DNA of 64,000 bases, from NCBI GenBank assembly GCA_963805655.1, contig CAWDVB010000010.1:13832-77831 (forward strand), given 5' to 3'. The first letter of the stretch is position 1. Each line of letters begins with the position of its first letter. The stretch is from an uncultured Actinomycetota bacterium. Its GTDB lineage: Bacteria; Actinomycetota; Actinomycetes; Propionibacteriales; Nocardioidaceae. Position numbers and translations under genes: made by a program. This document shows, in pieces, positions 1 to 12,964 of this stretch. The notes under the pieces are model-generated. The model had not been told where the DNA came from. It made no database searches and saw only the letters and a list, made by a program, of their open reading frames with translations.

Positions 1-133
1 CCTCGGTGCGGGGGGGCCGGCAGGAACGCCGGCGATCCTCCTCAGCCTAACGGGCGGGCGCACACCGTCTCGTCGGTCGGGAAGGCGCGACTCGGCGCGC
101 GGCCTACTGGGCACGGCGGAGCAGGACGGCTAG

Positions 134-2738
<2,605 letters not shown>

Positions 2739-2746
<8 letters not shown>

Positions 2747-3473
2747 GGGGCTCCCGGGGCTTCTCGAGGTACAGCACCATGCTCTTGCCGATCAGGGGAT
2801 CGAGCACGCTCTCGGCAGCGCGCGTGAGCAGGCTCCACCCGGGCTTGCGGACGATGTCCCACACGAGCACCTGGTGGTAGGCCCGGACCACCGGGTGCCG
2901 GTCGTTGTCGACCCCGACTGCGCACTTGAGCCACCAGTACGGCGCGTGCAGGCCGTGGACGTGGTCGCGGCCCTTCACCTCCAGCCCGGCGCCCTCCAGC
3001 TTGGCCGTCAGGCCGTCACCGGTGTAGATGCGCACGTGCCCGCCCTCCACCTGGTGATAGGCGTCCGACAGGGTCCAGCACACCTTCTCCGGCAGCCATC
3101 GGGGGACGGTCACCGCGATCGTCCCGCCCGGACGCAGCACGCGCGTCAGCTCTGCAATGGCCGCGTCGTCGTCGGGGATGTGCTCGAGGACCTCGGCGGC
3201 GACGACCCGGTCGAACTCACCGTCGGCGAAGGGCAGTGAGAGCGCGTCGCCCTGCTTGACGTCCGCGGCGGCGCTCACCGGCGCCTCGCCGGCCTCGCGC
3301 ATCGCGGCGAACATCTCGGCGACGCCGGCCAGCTCGTCGGCGTCCCGGTCGAAGGCGAGCACATCCGCCCCGCGCCGGTACGCCTCGAAGGCGTGCCGTC
3401 CCGCCCCGCAGCCGAGGTCCAGCACCCGGTCGCCGGGAACCAGCCCGAGCCGGTCGAAGTCGACGGTGAGCAT
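2739..3473 (-). CDS. class I SAM-dependent methyltransferase (Methyltransf_11-like)
   Basis: 244-aa ORF. SAM motif VLDLGCGAGRH and post-I/II motifs (AAEVLEHIPDD, LRPGGTIAVTVP). Overlaps the upstream gene by 8 nt. Confidence 0.8.
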
Positions 3474-4712
3474 CAGCGCCCGCCGTTCCTGGCGTCGATC
3501 GCCTCCTGGTAGACCCCGACCGTCGCCGCGGCCACGGCCCGCCAGCTGAACCTCTCCTCGACACGCCGTCGGCCCGCCTCGCCCAGGCGCCGACGGCGGT
3601 CCGGGTCCCTCAGCATGCGCCCCAGCGCCGTCGTGAGCTCGCCGACGTCTCCGGGAGTGACCAGGTCGGCGCAGATCCCGTCCTCGCCCACGACCTCGGG
3701 GATCGCCCCTGCGCGGCTCACGACGAGAGGCGTCGCACAGGCCATCGCCTCCACGGTCGGCAGTGAGAACCCCTCGTAGAGGGACGGGACGCAGGCCACC
3801 TCGGCCGAGCCGACGACCGCGGCCAGCTCGGCGTCGCTGATCCCGTGGACCAGGCGCACGACGTCCTGCAGGGAGAGCTGCCCGATGAGCTGCTCGGTGC
3901 GCCCTCCCGCCCGCGGCCTGGTGACCAGCAGCAGCTCCACCTCGCGCTCGGTCCGCAGCTTGGCGACCGCCTCGAGCAGGTAGGAGATCCCCTTCATCGG
4001 CGCGTCCGCGCTCGCCATCGCGACGATGCGCCCGGGCACCCGGGGCTCCGCCGGAGGGGCGAACACGTCATCGGCACCCAGCGGAATGACCCGCACCCGC
4101 CCGGAGTCGACCCCGAAGTCCGCGGCGATGTCGCGGCGCGATGCCTCCGAAGCGGTGATGATGTGACCGATCCGACGGGCCACCGCGCGCTGCATGCGGA
4201 GGAAGCCGTACCACCGCCACACCGACGCCTTCTTGGACCAGGGCGCCGCCGCGACCTCGACGCGACGGTCGAAGGTGATCGGGTGGTGGATGGTCTCCAC
4301 CAGGGGGAAGCCCAGCCGCTCGACGTCGAGGATTCCGTGCCCGAGCGTCTGGTTGTCGTGCACCACGTCGAAGTCGCCGACCCGGTCGCGCAGCACCCTG
4401 CACGATCCGCCGGCTGAAGGTCCGCGGCTCGGGGAAGCCGCCGGTCCACATGATCGCCGACTCCTGCAGGTCGATCAGGTCCCGGTACTCGCCGAGCCGC
4501 CAGACGAACCGGAACGGGTCCGGTTCCCGGTACAGGTCGAGGCTGGGAACCGTGGTGAGCCGCACCCCGGGGTCGAGCTCCGGGTAGGGCTGGCCGCTGA
4601 AGACCTCGACCTCGTGACCCAGGCCCACCAGCTCGCGGCTGAGATGCCGCAGGTACACCCCCTGGCCGCCGACGTGGGGCTTGCTCCGGTAGGAGAGCAG
4701 GGCGACGCGCAC
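3473..4712 (-). pseudogene. glycosyltransferase family 4 protein, one internal frameshift near 4397-4420
   Basis: N-terminal part MRVALLSYRSKPHVGGQGVYLRHLSREL...GGFPEPRTFSRRI is in the 4068..4712 frame. The remainder LRDRVGDFDVVHDNQ...EGFSLPTVEAMACATPLVVS is in the 3473..4396 frame. Confidence 0.8.
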
Positions 4713-4737
4713 GGGGACCTTCCTGTCCTCGACCCGG

Positions 4738-4932
4738 TCAGTCCTCGACGATGCTCAGTGCCTGGGTCGGGCAGCCCGCGACCGCCTCGCGGATCCGCTC
4801 CTCGTTCTCGGGCGTGACCGAGTCGTCGAGGATCACCAGGAAGTCGTTCTCGTCCAGCTCGAACACGTCGGGCGCGTAGGCGGTGCACAGAGCGTTGGAC
4901 TGGCACTTGTCGAAGTCGGCCACGACCTTCAT
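4738..4932 (-). CDS. ferredoxin (single-cluster, actinobacterial type)
   Basis: MKVVADFDKCQSNALCTAYAPDVF...AVAGCPTQALSIVED. Cys pattern CxxxxxC...CP. I prefer the internal ATG over the 85-aa ORF start. Confidence 0.8.
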   Translation of the reverse strand: MKVVADFDKCQSNALCTAYAPDVFELDENDFLVILDDSVTPENEERIREAVAGCPTQALSIVED

Positions 4933-5013
4933 ACGGCACTCCTCTGGGACTCCGCGCGGGCGCGGCTCGGGGACGTCGAGGTGGAAGTCTTCCACGCCTC
5001 TCCAGCCGCGGTG

Positions 5014-6000
5014 TCAGGAACCTTCGCTGGAGTGGCCCGGGAAGACCTTCGCCGAGGGGTCGATCGCCACCGCCGCGTTGTTGACCGCGGTCGCCGCCTC
5101 GCCGAAGCCGACGGCGATGAGCCGCACCTTGCCGGGGTACTCGACGATGTCACCGGCCGCGAACACCCGGGAGAGGTTGGTCTTCATCGCGGAGTCGACG
5201 ACGATGTGCCGCTTGTCGAGCTCCAGGCCCCAGTCGGCCATCGCGCTCAGGTCGGCAATGAACCCCAGGGCGGCGACGATCCGCTGCGCCTTGATCCGGG
5301 TGACGTCGCCGGACTTGACGTTCTCGACGTCTACGGCCTCCAGCCCGGAGTCGCCGACCAGGGCGCTGACGTTCGCGCTGGTGATGACCTGCACCCGCGA
5401 AGCCATCACCTGGTCCACGGTCGACTGGTGCGCCCGGAAGGCGTCCCGGCGGTGGATCAGCGTCACCGAGCGGGCGACGGGCTCGAGGTGGAGCGCCCAG
5501 TCGAAGGCGCTGTCGCCACCCCCGACGATCACCACGTCGCGGTCGACGTAGTCGTCGAAGGACGGGACGAAGAACGCGACCTCGTCGCCCGCCCAGTCGT
5601 TGGCGGCAGGCAGCTCGCGCGGGGTGAACTTCCCGATGCCGGCGGTGATGATCACGGCCTTGGCGACCACCTCGGCGCCGTCGTCCAGTCCGATGGTGAC
5701 CGTTCCGGCATCGTCGTCCTCCACCAGGGAGACAGCGGTCCGTTCCAGCAGGTACGTGGGGCTGGAGCGATCGGCCTGCTCACCGAGGTTGGCCACCAGG
5801 TCCCGGCCCTTGATCGTCGGGAACCCGGCGACGTCCAGGATCATCTTCTCCGGGTACATCGCCGAGATCTGGCCGCCGATCTCCGGCAGCGAGTCCACGA
5901 CGCCGACGGACAGGGCCCGGAAGCCGGCGTAGTAGGCGGCGAACAGCCCCACGGGGCCCGCGCCGATGATGAGTAGGTCGACCTCGTGCCGCTCAGGCAT
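5014..6000 (-). CDS. thioredoxin-reductase-like ferredoxin-NADP+ reductase (NAD(P)/FAD-dependent oxidoreductase)
   Basis: 328 aa. FAD motif DLLIIGAGPVGL and NADPH motif VVIVGGGDSAFDWA. Sits next to the ferredoxin gene. Confidence 0.85.
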   Translation of the reverse strand: MPERHEVDLLIIGAGPVGLFAAYYAGFRALSVGVVDSLPEIGGQISAMYPEKMILDVAGFPTIKGRDLVANLGEQADRSSPTYLLERTAVSLVEDDDAGTVTIGLDDGAEVVAKAVIITAGIGKFTPRELPAANDWAGDEVAFFVPSFDDYVDRDVVIVGGGDSAFDWALHLEPVARSVTLIHRRDAFRAHQSTVDQVMASRVQVITSANVSALVGDSGLEAVDVENVKSGDVTRIKAQRIVAALGFIADLSAMADWGLELDKRHIVVDSAMKTNLSRVFAAGDIVEYPGKVRLIAVGFGEAATAVNNAAVAIDPSAKVFPGHSSEGS

Positions 6001-6144
6001 GCCGCATCCTCTTTCTGACCGCTCGGCCGCTCTGGGTCGCGCCAGGGCTCCTGGCGCGCGAAGTGCTGTCGAGTACCGACGGGTGTCGGTCCCACGATGT
6101 CAGACCAGCCACCGGTGGTCGACGGACGCGCCGTATTGCGTTGG

Positions 6145-7170
6145 TCACTGATGCGGGCGCGACTCGCGCCTCGGACCCGTCCGGTCGTCCCGTTCCTCCG
6201 GCGACTCCCGGGCGGAGACGATCAGCGACGCCACCGTGGTCACGCCGAGGATGCCGACGATCGCCCCCAGGGAGGCGGGAATGGAGATCTCCGGGGCCCC
6301 CAGCACGGGCTGCCCGCCGTTGATGAAGGGCAGCTCGTTGCTGTGCAGGGCGTGCAGCACGAGCTTGACCCCGATGAAGGCCAGCAGGAGGGCCAGGCCG
6401 TACGACAGGAGGACCAGCCGCTCGAGCAGGCCCCCGATGAGGAAGTAGAGCTGGCGCAGCCCCATCAGGGCGAAGACGTTGGCGGTGAAGACGAGATAGG
6501 GCTCCTCGGTCAGGCCGTAGATGGCCGGGATCGAGTCGAGGGCGAACAGCAGGTCGGTCATGCCCAGGGCCAGCATCACCATGAACATCGGGGTGAACCA
6601 GAACCGGCCCTGCTCGCGGACCCACAGCTTGGCTCCGTGATAGCTGTCGGTGTGCGGCAGCTTGCGGCGCGCGTAGGTGACCAGCCTGGGCTCCTGGTAC
6701 TCGTCCTCGTCCTCGGGTCCGCCGAGCACCAGCTTGACGGCCGTGTAGACCAGGAAGGCGCCGAACAGGTAGAAGACCCAGCTGAAGGCCTCGATCGCCG
6801 CGCCGCCGACGGCGATGAAGATGCCGCGCATCAGCAGGGCGAGCACGATCCCGATGAACAGCGCCTCCTGGTGGTAGATCTTCGGCACCGCCAGGCGGCT
6901 CAGGATGATGATGAAGATGAACAGGTTGTCCACCGAGAGCGAGTACTCGGTGAGCCAGCCGGCGAAGAACTCGGTGCCGTACCGCGCTCCGGAGACGAAC
7001 CACACGGCGATGCCGAAGCCGATGGCCAGCGCCACGTACAGGATCAGGAAGCCCGCGACCTCACGGCGGGAGGGCGCGTGCGGGCGGCGGCCGATGACCG
7101 CGATGTCGAAGGCGAGGACGCCGAGGGTGACGACCAGGGTGATGATCCACACCAGGGGCGTGACGTGCAT
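6145..7170 (-). CDS. TerC family integral membrane protein
   Basis: Starts at MHVTPLVWIITLVV with GGGAGG upstream. Contains EYSLSVDNLFIF and LFALDSIPAI TerC motifs. The remainder of the 531-aa ORF is an upstream extension without protein-like sequence. Confidence 0.85.
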   Translation of the reverse strand: MHVTPLVWIITLVVTLGVLAFDIAVIGRRPHAPSRREVAGFLILYVALAIGFGIAVWFVSGARYGTEFFAGWLTEYSLSVDNLFIFIIILSRLAVPKIYHQEALFIGIVLALLMRGIFIAVGGAAIEAFSWVFYLFGAFLVYTAVKLVLGGPEDEDEYQEPRLVTYARRKLPHTDSYHGAKLWVREQGRFWFTPMFMVMLALGMTDLLFALDSIPAIYGLTEEPYLVFTANVFALMGLRQLYFLIGGLLERLVLLSYGLALLLAFIGVKLVLHALHSNELPFINGGQPVLGAPEISIPASLGAIVGILGVTTVASLIVSARESPEERDDRTGPRRESRPHQ

Positions 7171-7204
7171 GGAGCCTCCCGAGCAGACGGCAGCGTGGAC
7201 GCTG

Positions 7205-7312
7205 TGCTCGGAGGTCTCTTCCGCCCCACCTGCCGGTCGGGCCAGCCGGACCGGGAGCGACCGGGCGCTCCGTGATGACGATCGGGCTGCGAAGGAATAC
7301 TCCCCTCCACCG
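7205..7312 (-). promoter_or_regulatory. candidate yybP-ykoY (Mn2+) riboswitch in the terC leader
   Basis: Minus strand reads GGAGGGGAGUAUUCC...two internal hairpins (GGAGCG/CGCUCC, CCGGUC/GACCGG)...GCGGAAGAGACCUCC. This matches the conserved GGGGAGUA and AGAGACC blocks and the P1 pairing (GGAGG/CCUCC) of the family. It lies directly upstream of a TerC gene, a classic target. Confidence 0.55.
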
Positions 7313-7361
7313 CTGCCATCCTGACAGATGCCCAGGTCAGCGCCAAACGTCGGGCCCGGGG

Positions 7362-7733
7362 TCAGCCCTGGTCCCACCCGGGGGGCCGGTGCTTGCGCGG
7401 GAGCTTGCCGACGACCAGCGTGTAGGACTCGTCGACCGCCTCGAGGACCTCGTCGTCGGGGATCCCGCCGCCGAAGGTGAGCGAGTTCCAGCCCGATCTG
7501 CCGAGGTAGGGCATCACGGTGGCGTCGTCCGGGTACCGCTCCACCCAGACGTCGGCCTCCTCCCGCGAGCCGCACTTGACCCCGAAGGTGCCGTACGACT
7601 CCCGCGGGTCGCCGGAGCCGAGGAAGACGAAGATCCTCTCGTGGACCTTGACCACCGTGTCGTCCTCCCAGGGCTGGTCGGGCCAGGCTCCGGGCTTGGC
7701 CAGGCAGTACGCCGCAAGCTCCCCCCGGGTCAC
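7362..7733 (-). CDS. MmcQ/YjbR family DNA-binding protein
   Basis: GTG start overlaps the uvrB stop (GTGA). Sequence [39 protein letters not shown]... Confidence 0.75.
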   Translation of the reverse strand: MTRGELAAYCLAKPGAWPDQPWEDDTVVKVHERIFVFLGSGDPRESYGTFGVKCGSREEADVWVERYPDDATVMPYLGRSGWNSLTFGGGIPDDEVLEAVDESYTLVVGKLPRKHRPPGWDQG

Positions 7734-9820
7734 GACACACCGGCCTCGATCATCTGGCGCAGCTCCTTCTTCAGGTCGCCGATCTCGTCGCGCAGCCGGG
7801 CTGCCAGCTCGAACTGGAGCTCGGCGGCAGCCGCCTTCATCTGCTCGGTGAGCTGGCCGATGAGCTCGACCAGATCCGCGGACGGGAGGCCGGCCAGATC
7901 CGGGTTGCGCTCGCGCAGCCGCGACAGCGCCGGCACCGGCGCCTTCTTGCCGGCCTTCCAGGTGCCGACCAGCTCGTCGGTCGACTCCTCCTCGCGGGCG
8001 AGCATGTCGGTGATGGCGGCGATCTTCTTCCGCAGGGGCTGGGGGTCGATCCCGCGCTCGGTGTTGTAGGCCACCTGCTTGGCGCGGCGGCGGTTCGTCT
8101 CGTCGATCGCCGAGGCCATCGAGGGGGTGATCTTGTCGGCGTACATGACCACCTGCCCCGACACGTTGCGGGCGGCCCTCCCGATGGTCTGGATCAGCGA
8201 CTTGTCGGAGCGCAGGAAGCCCTCCTTGTCGGCGTCGAGGATGGCCACCAGCGACACCTCCGGCAGGTCGAGGCCCTCCCGGAGGAGGTTGATGCCGACC
8301 AGCACGTCGTACTCCCCCATCCGGAGCTCGCGCAGCAGCTCGATGCGGCGCAGGGTGTCGACCTCGCTGTGCAGGTAGCGGGTCCGGACGCCGGCCTCCA
8401 GCAGGTAGTCGGTGAGGTCCTCGGCCATCTTCTTGGTCAGTGTCGTGACCAGCACCCGCTCGTGACGCTCCTCGCGGAGCTTGATCTCGTGGATGAGGTC
8501 GTCGATCTGCCCCCGGGTGGGCCGCACCAGGACCTCCGGGTCGACCAGCCCGGTCGGCCGGATGATCTGCTCGACCACCGAGTCGACCTTGCCCAGCTCG
8601 TAGGGGCCGGGCGTCGCCGACAGGTAGATGGTCTGCCCGATCCGGCCGAGGAACTCCTCCCACCGCAGCGGGCGGTTGTCCATCGCGCTGGGCAGCCGGA
8701 AGCCGTGCTCGACGAGGTTCCGCTTGCGGGACATGTCGCCCTCGTACATGCCGCCGATCTGCGGCACGGTCACGTGCGACTCGTCGATGACCAGGAGGAA
8801 GTCCTCGGGGAAGTAGTCCAGCAGGCAGTTCGGCGCCGAGCCGCGCTCCCGGCCGTCGATGTGCATCGAGTAGTTCTCGATCCCCGCACAGCTGCCGACC
8901 TGGCGCATCATCTCGATGTCGTAGGTGGTCCGCATCCGTAGCCGCTGGGCCTCCAGCAGCTTGCCCTGCCGCTCGAACTCCTCGAGCCGCTCGCCGAGCT
9001 CGCGCTCGATGCCGGCGATCGCCCGCTCCATCCGCTCCTCGCCGGCCACGTAGTGCGTCGCCGGGAAGATGTAGAGCTCGTCGTCCTCGGTCACGACCTC
9101 CCCGGTCACCGGGTGCAAGGTCATCAGCCGCTCGACCTCGTCGCCGAAGAACTCGATCCGGACCGCGTGCTCCTCGTAGACCGGGAAGACCTCGAGCGTG
9201 TCGCCGCGGACCCGGAAGGTGCCGCGGGTGAACGCCAGGTCGTTGCGGGTGTACTGGATCTCGACCAGTCGCCGCAGCAGCTGGTCACGGTCGATCTCGT
9301 CGCCCACCCGGATCCGGACCATCCGGTCGACGTACTCCTGCGGGGTCCCCAGGCCGTAGATGCACGAGACCGTCGACACCACGATCACGTCGCGCCGGGT
9401 GAGCAGGGAGTTGGTCGCGGAGTGCCTCAGCCGCTCGACCTCCTCGTTGATCGAGGAGTCCTTCTCGATGTAGGTGTCGGTCTGCGGGATGTACGCCTCG
9501 GGCTGGTAGTAGTCGTAGTACGACACGAAGTACTCGATGGCGTTGTTCGGCAGCAGCTCGCGCAGCTCGTTGGCGAACTGGGCCGCCAGGGTCTTGTTCG
9601 GCTGGATCACCAGCGTCGGGCGCTGCAGCCGCTCCACCGCCCAGGCGACCGTCGCCGTCTTGCCGGTCCCCGTCGCCCCCAGCAGCACGACGTCGCGCTC
9701 GCCGTCCTGGATCCGCCGCTGGATGTCGTCGATCGCGGTCGGCTGGTCGCCGGACGGCTCGAAGTCGGAGATGACCTCGAACGGCGCGACGCGGCGGACC
9801 AGATCGGTGACGGGCCTCAT
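7730..9820 (-). CDS. uvrB: excinuclease ABC subunit B
   Basis: [30 protein letters not shown]...GATGTGKT...[10 protein letters not shown]...UVR domain at the C-terminus. 697 aa counted from the internal ATG. Confidence 0.95.
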   Translation of the reverse strand: MRPVTDLVRRVAPFEVISDFEPSGDQPTAIDDIQRRIQDGERDVVLLGATGTGKTATVAWAVERLQRPTLVIQPNKTLAAQFANELRELLPNNAIEYFVSYYDYYQPEAYIPQTDTYIEKDSSINEEVERLRHSATNSLLTRRDVIVVSTVSCIYGLGTPQEYVDRMVRIRVGDEIDRDQLLRRLVEIQYTRNDLAFTRGTFRVRGDTLEVFPVYEEHAVRIEFFGDEVERLMTLHPVTGEVVTEDDELYIFPATHYVAGEERMERAIAGIERELGERLEEFERQGKLLEAQRLRMRTTYDIEMMRQVGSCAGIENYSMHIDGRERGSAPNCLLDYFPEDFLLVIDESHVTVPQIGGMYEGDMSRKRNLVEHGFRLPSAMDNRPLRWEEFLGRIGQTIYLSATPGPYELGKVDSVVEQIIRPTGLVDPEVLVRPTRGQIDDLIHEIKLREERHERVLVTTLTKKMAEDLTDYLLEAGVRTRYLHSEVDTLRRIELLRELRMGEYDVLVGINLLREGLDLPEVSLVAILDADKEGFLRSDKSLIQTIGRAARNVSGQVVMYADKITPSMASAIDETNRRRAKQVAYNTERGIDPQPLRKKIAAITDMLAREEESTDELVGTWKAGKKAPVPALSRLRERNPDLAGLPSADLVELIGQLTEQMKAAAAELQFELAARLRDEIGDLKKELRQMIEAGVS

Positions 9821-9870
9821 GCCCGTCAGCGTAGTTGGGACCTCCGACGCTTCTGACGGGCCGAAGCGGA

Positions 9871-11553
9871 CTAGTACGTGAAGCGGATGTAGACGGGCTT
9901 GGAGCGCATCGCGTCGTTGCGGCCGTCGCCCTTGAACCAGCCGATGATGCGGAACTTCTTCCCGACAACGCTCGTGTCGCCCTTCAGCAGGTAGTAGCCG
10001 TTGCTCTTCGGGCTGAGTAGCACGTGCTGCGTGCTGCCGGCCGTGTGCCAGCCGTTCTGGTAGTACTGCCAGTAGAAGAAGAGCTTGCCCCCGGAATGGT
10101 TCGGGGAGACGTGCATCTTGGCAATCGCAGGCTTGGAGTACTGGTACAGCGCGTACTTCCCACTGTGCCTCTTCGTCCGGATCGCCTTCGACTTGATCTT
10201 GACGCGGCACTTCACCCAGGTGCTGCTCGAGGCCGCGGGGGCGTAGGTGTCGTCGCCGGGGAAGACCGCGATCAGGTCCGTGTACTCCGTCACGCGGAAG
10301 CTCATCGAGAACAGGCCCGTGGCGTCCGTAGGTCCGCTCCCGAGCAAGACCGGTGATCCGCCCAGCTTCTGGCCATAGATCTCCACGGTCTTCCCCGCAA
10401 GGTCCGCACTTGCGATCTTGGTCAGCTTTGCCTTGACCGGAACCGACGCCTTGAACCTCCAGTTGTCGTTCTTCCGGACCGAGATGGTCACGCCCGAGCT
10501 GTGCGCTGGTGTGGTGATCCCCAGCCGGTAGCTGGTGCCCGTCGTCCCGCTGATGGTTCCTTGCGCGATCCAGTACAGCTGGGTCGCCCCGAATCCCAGT
10601 GTCCCGCCGACCACCTTCAGCCCGGACAGGTAGGTCGGGGCGCTGCCGTAGTAGTTCGTATCCGGGAAGTAGAAGAGCGGCGTCGCTGACCCACTGGCGT
10701 AGGCAACAACGTCATCGCTGCCACGAACCTGCACGCCACCAGTGGCTCCCTGGTCGAGAGCCGACAGGGTGCTCAGAGTCGAAGGGGCGAGTTCCTCGAG
10801 GTAGCCCGCCGAGACCACGACCTCGGACCCGTCGGGTGCCACGTCGACCGCGGCTACCGCGTTCGCGAAGTGGGTGCTGGTGCCGAGCGACGCAGCAGGC
10901 GTCGTGGGCCCCGTGACGTCGATGCGGTAGAGGTAATGGGAGTTGAGGTACTGAGGGTTCGACTGCCATGCGTAGAGCTCGCCAGGAACACCCGGGTCCG
11001 CGACGATGCGGTCGACGACCGCCCCTGCGTCGAACGTCCCGGTCACCGTCAGGGTCGAGGGGTCGACCGCATAGAGGACGGAGTTGCCGGAAGCGGGCTC
11101 GCTCAGGACCCAGACCAGACCGGCACTGTAGGCGATGCTCGTCGCGTTCGGGATGGCGCCGGCGAGCGAGGAGTCGCCCGGAGTGACCGTGAGGCCGGGG
11201 GCATCGATCCGAGTAACGGCGACCGTGCCCGAGGACATGCTCGGGGTGAGCTGTTGGAGGGCGAACACCTCCGAACCGTCGTCGCTCATCACCATGGCGT
11301 CGGCCGAGGCAGGAAGCGTCTTGGTGGCCGTGACGCTGCCGGCGAGACTGGCGACGGTCAGACGCGTCCCGTCGGAGATGAACAGCTGGCCCTGGGCCTG
11401 ATCCACCAACAGGGCCGAGACTCCGGTCAGCCCGATGTCGTAGAGGCCGTCCGCCGCGTACTTCGGGTAGACACTCACCGTCTGGGCGGCAGCCGCCGGT
11501 ACGGTCAGCAGCGTCGCCGCCAAGGCCAGGATCAGTGTGGCGCGCAGGCGCAT
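9871..11553 (-). CDS. secreted hypothetical protein (beta-propeller-like N-terminal region plus Ig-like/K,Y,W-rich C-terminal region)
   Basis: 560 aa. Sec signal [24 protein letters not shown]. Repeated strand-like segments. The C-terminal third is basic and aromatic, and the DNA there is visibly lower in GC. Confidence 0.6.
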   Translation of the reverse strand: MRLRATLILALAATLLTVPAAAAQTVSVYPKYAADGLYDIGLTGVSALLVDQAQGQLFISDGTRLTVASLAGSVTATKTLPASADAMVMSDDGSEVFALQQLTPSMSSGTVAVTRIDAPGLTVTPGDSSLAGAIPNATSIAYSAGLVWVLSEPASGNSVLYAVDPSTLTVTGTFDAGAVVDRIVADPGVPGELYAWQSNPQYLNSHYLYRIDVTGPTTPAASLGTSTHFANAVAAVDVAPDGSEVVVSAGYLEELAPSTLSTLSALDQGATGGVQVRGSDDVVAYASGSATPLFYFPDTNYYGSAPTYLSGLKVVGGTLGFGATQLYWIAQGTISGTTGTSYRLGITTPAHSSGVTISVRKNDNWRFKASVPVKAKLTKIASADLAGKTVEIYGQKLGGSPVLLGSGPTDATGLFSMSFRVTEYTDLIAVFPGDDTYAPAASSSTWVKCRVKIKSKAIRTKRHSGKYALYQYSKPAIAKMHVSPNHSGGKLFFYWQYYQNGWHTAGSTQHVLLSPKSNGYYLLKGDTSVVGKKFRIIGWFKGDGRNDAMRSKPVYIRFTY

Positions 11554-11702
11554 GGTGTTCCTCCCCCGTTGTGGACCGCGCTTAACTTAAGGGGCGGGCT
11601 CCCGGGAGGCAAGGGACACCCGTCACCCGTCATCCCCATGGGGTGACGGGTCTCTCGCGCCGCGCGGCGGCTCGGCGGGTGGCGTGCGGCTAGATTTGAT
11701 AC

Positions 11703-12938
11703 ATGGGGACGCGAGTCGAGCGGGCGGGGAGCCTGATCCGTCGCGCCCTGCTGGCGATCTTCGGCTTCCAGCTCGCCCTCGCCATCGTGCTCACCCTCGT
11801 CGACTCCTACCGCCGCCGCGGCAAGAAGCCCAAGCCCTTCCCGACCACCGACCCGACCGCGGTGAAAGTCGGCGAGGGCACCGTCACCACCTACACGTTC
11901 GGCCAGCACCTCTTCGAGGACATGCTCGCCGCGATCGACGCCGCCGAGCACCTGGTGCTGCTCGAGACCTACATCTGGAAGGGCGACTCGATCGGCCAGC
12001 GTTTCAAGGACGCCCTCGACCGCGCGGCGGTGCGCGGCGTGGACGTCTACGTGATCTACGACGGGTTCGCGAACCTGGTGGTGCCGTCGCGGTTCAAGCA
12101 GTTCCCGCAGGACATCAACGTGCTGGCGTTCCCGGTGTTCCCGGCCCGGTGGCGCTTCTTCGACATGCGCCGGTACGGGCGCGACCACCGCAAGATCCTC
12201 GTCGTCGACGACATGATCGCCTTCGTGGGGGGCTACAACATCGGCAGCGCCTACGCCTCGGAGTGGCGCGACACCCACGTGGCGATCACCGGCCCCGCGG
12301 TCTACGACCTGCGGCGCGCCTTCATCGACTTCTGGAACCTGCACGGTGGCCGGAGGGAGCGACTCTCGGCGGAGGGCGGCACCGACTGGGAGTCCCGGAT
12401 CCGTGTGCACCGGAACCTGCCGCGGCTGTGGATGTTCCCCATCCGCGCGATGTATCTCGAGGCGATCGACCGGGCCACCCGCAACATCTGGCTCACCCAG
12501 GCCTACTTCATCCCGGACGGCGACTTCATCGACGCCCTCGTGGCCGCGGCACGGCGCGGGGTCGACGTGCGGCTGCTGGTGCCGCAGACGTCGAACCACG
12601 TCGTGGTCGACTGGCTCTCGCGCGGCTACTACGCCGAGCTGCTGTCGGCGGGCGTGCGGATCTTCCGCTACCAGGAGGCCATGGTCCACGCGAAGACCGC
12701 CACCATCGACGGACAGTGGGCCACGGTCGGCACCGCCAACCTCGATCGGATGTCGCTGACCGGCAACTACGAGCTGAACGTCGAGTTCATCGACACCGAC
12801 GTGGCCGAGGAGATGGAGCGGATCTTCGAGGTCGACTCGAGCAACTGCGTCGAGCTGACCCTCGAGGAGTGGGGCTCACGCGGGCTGCACCGCCGCTTCA
12901 CCGAGATGGTGCTCGCTCCCCTGCGCCCGATGCTCTGA
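11703..12938 (+). CDS. phospholipase D-like / cardiolipin synthase family protein
   Basis: 411 aa. N-terminal TM helix and two HKD motifs (HRKILVVDD..., HAKTATIDGQWATVGTANLD). Confidence 0.85.
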   Translation: MGTRVERAGSLIRRALLAIFGFQLALAIVLTLVDSYRRRGKKPKPFPTTDPTAVKVGEGTVTTYTFGQHLFEDMLAAIDAAEHLVLLETYIWKGDSIGQRFKDALDRAAVRGVDVYVIYDGFANLVVPSRFKQFPQDINVLAFPVFPARWRFFDMRRYGRDHRKILVVDDMIAFVGGYNIGSAYASEWRDTHVAITGPAVYDLRRAFIDFWNLHGGRRERLSAEGGTDWESRIRVHRNLPRLWMFPIRAMYLEAIDRATRNIWLTQAYFIPDGDFIDALVAAARRGVDVRLLVPQTSNHVVVDWLSRGYYAELLSAGVRIFRYQEAMVHAKTATIDGQWATVGTANLDRMSLTGNYELNVEFIDTDVAEEMERIFEVDSSNCVELTLEEWGSRGLHRRFTEMVLAPLRPML

Positions 12939-12964
12939 CCGGTGCGCTGACCGTCGCGCGTGGC

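Noticed and set aside
11600-11640. Imperfect palindrome CCCGTCAtCCCCATGGGGTGACGGG in the divergent region between the secreted-protein gene and the PLD gene.
   Set aside because: It is short, has a bulge, has a loop too small for a stable hairpin, and matches no known operator. Noted but not supportable as a feature.
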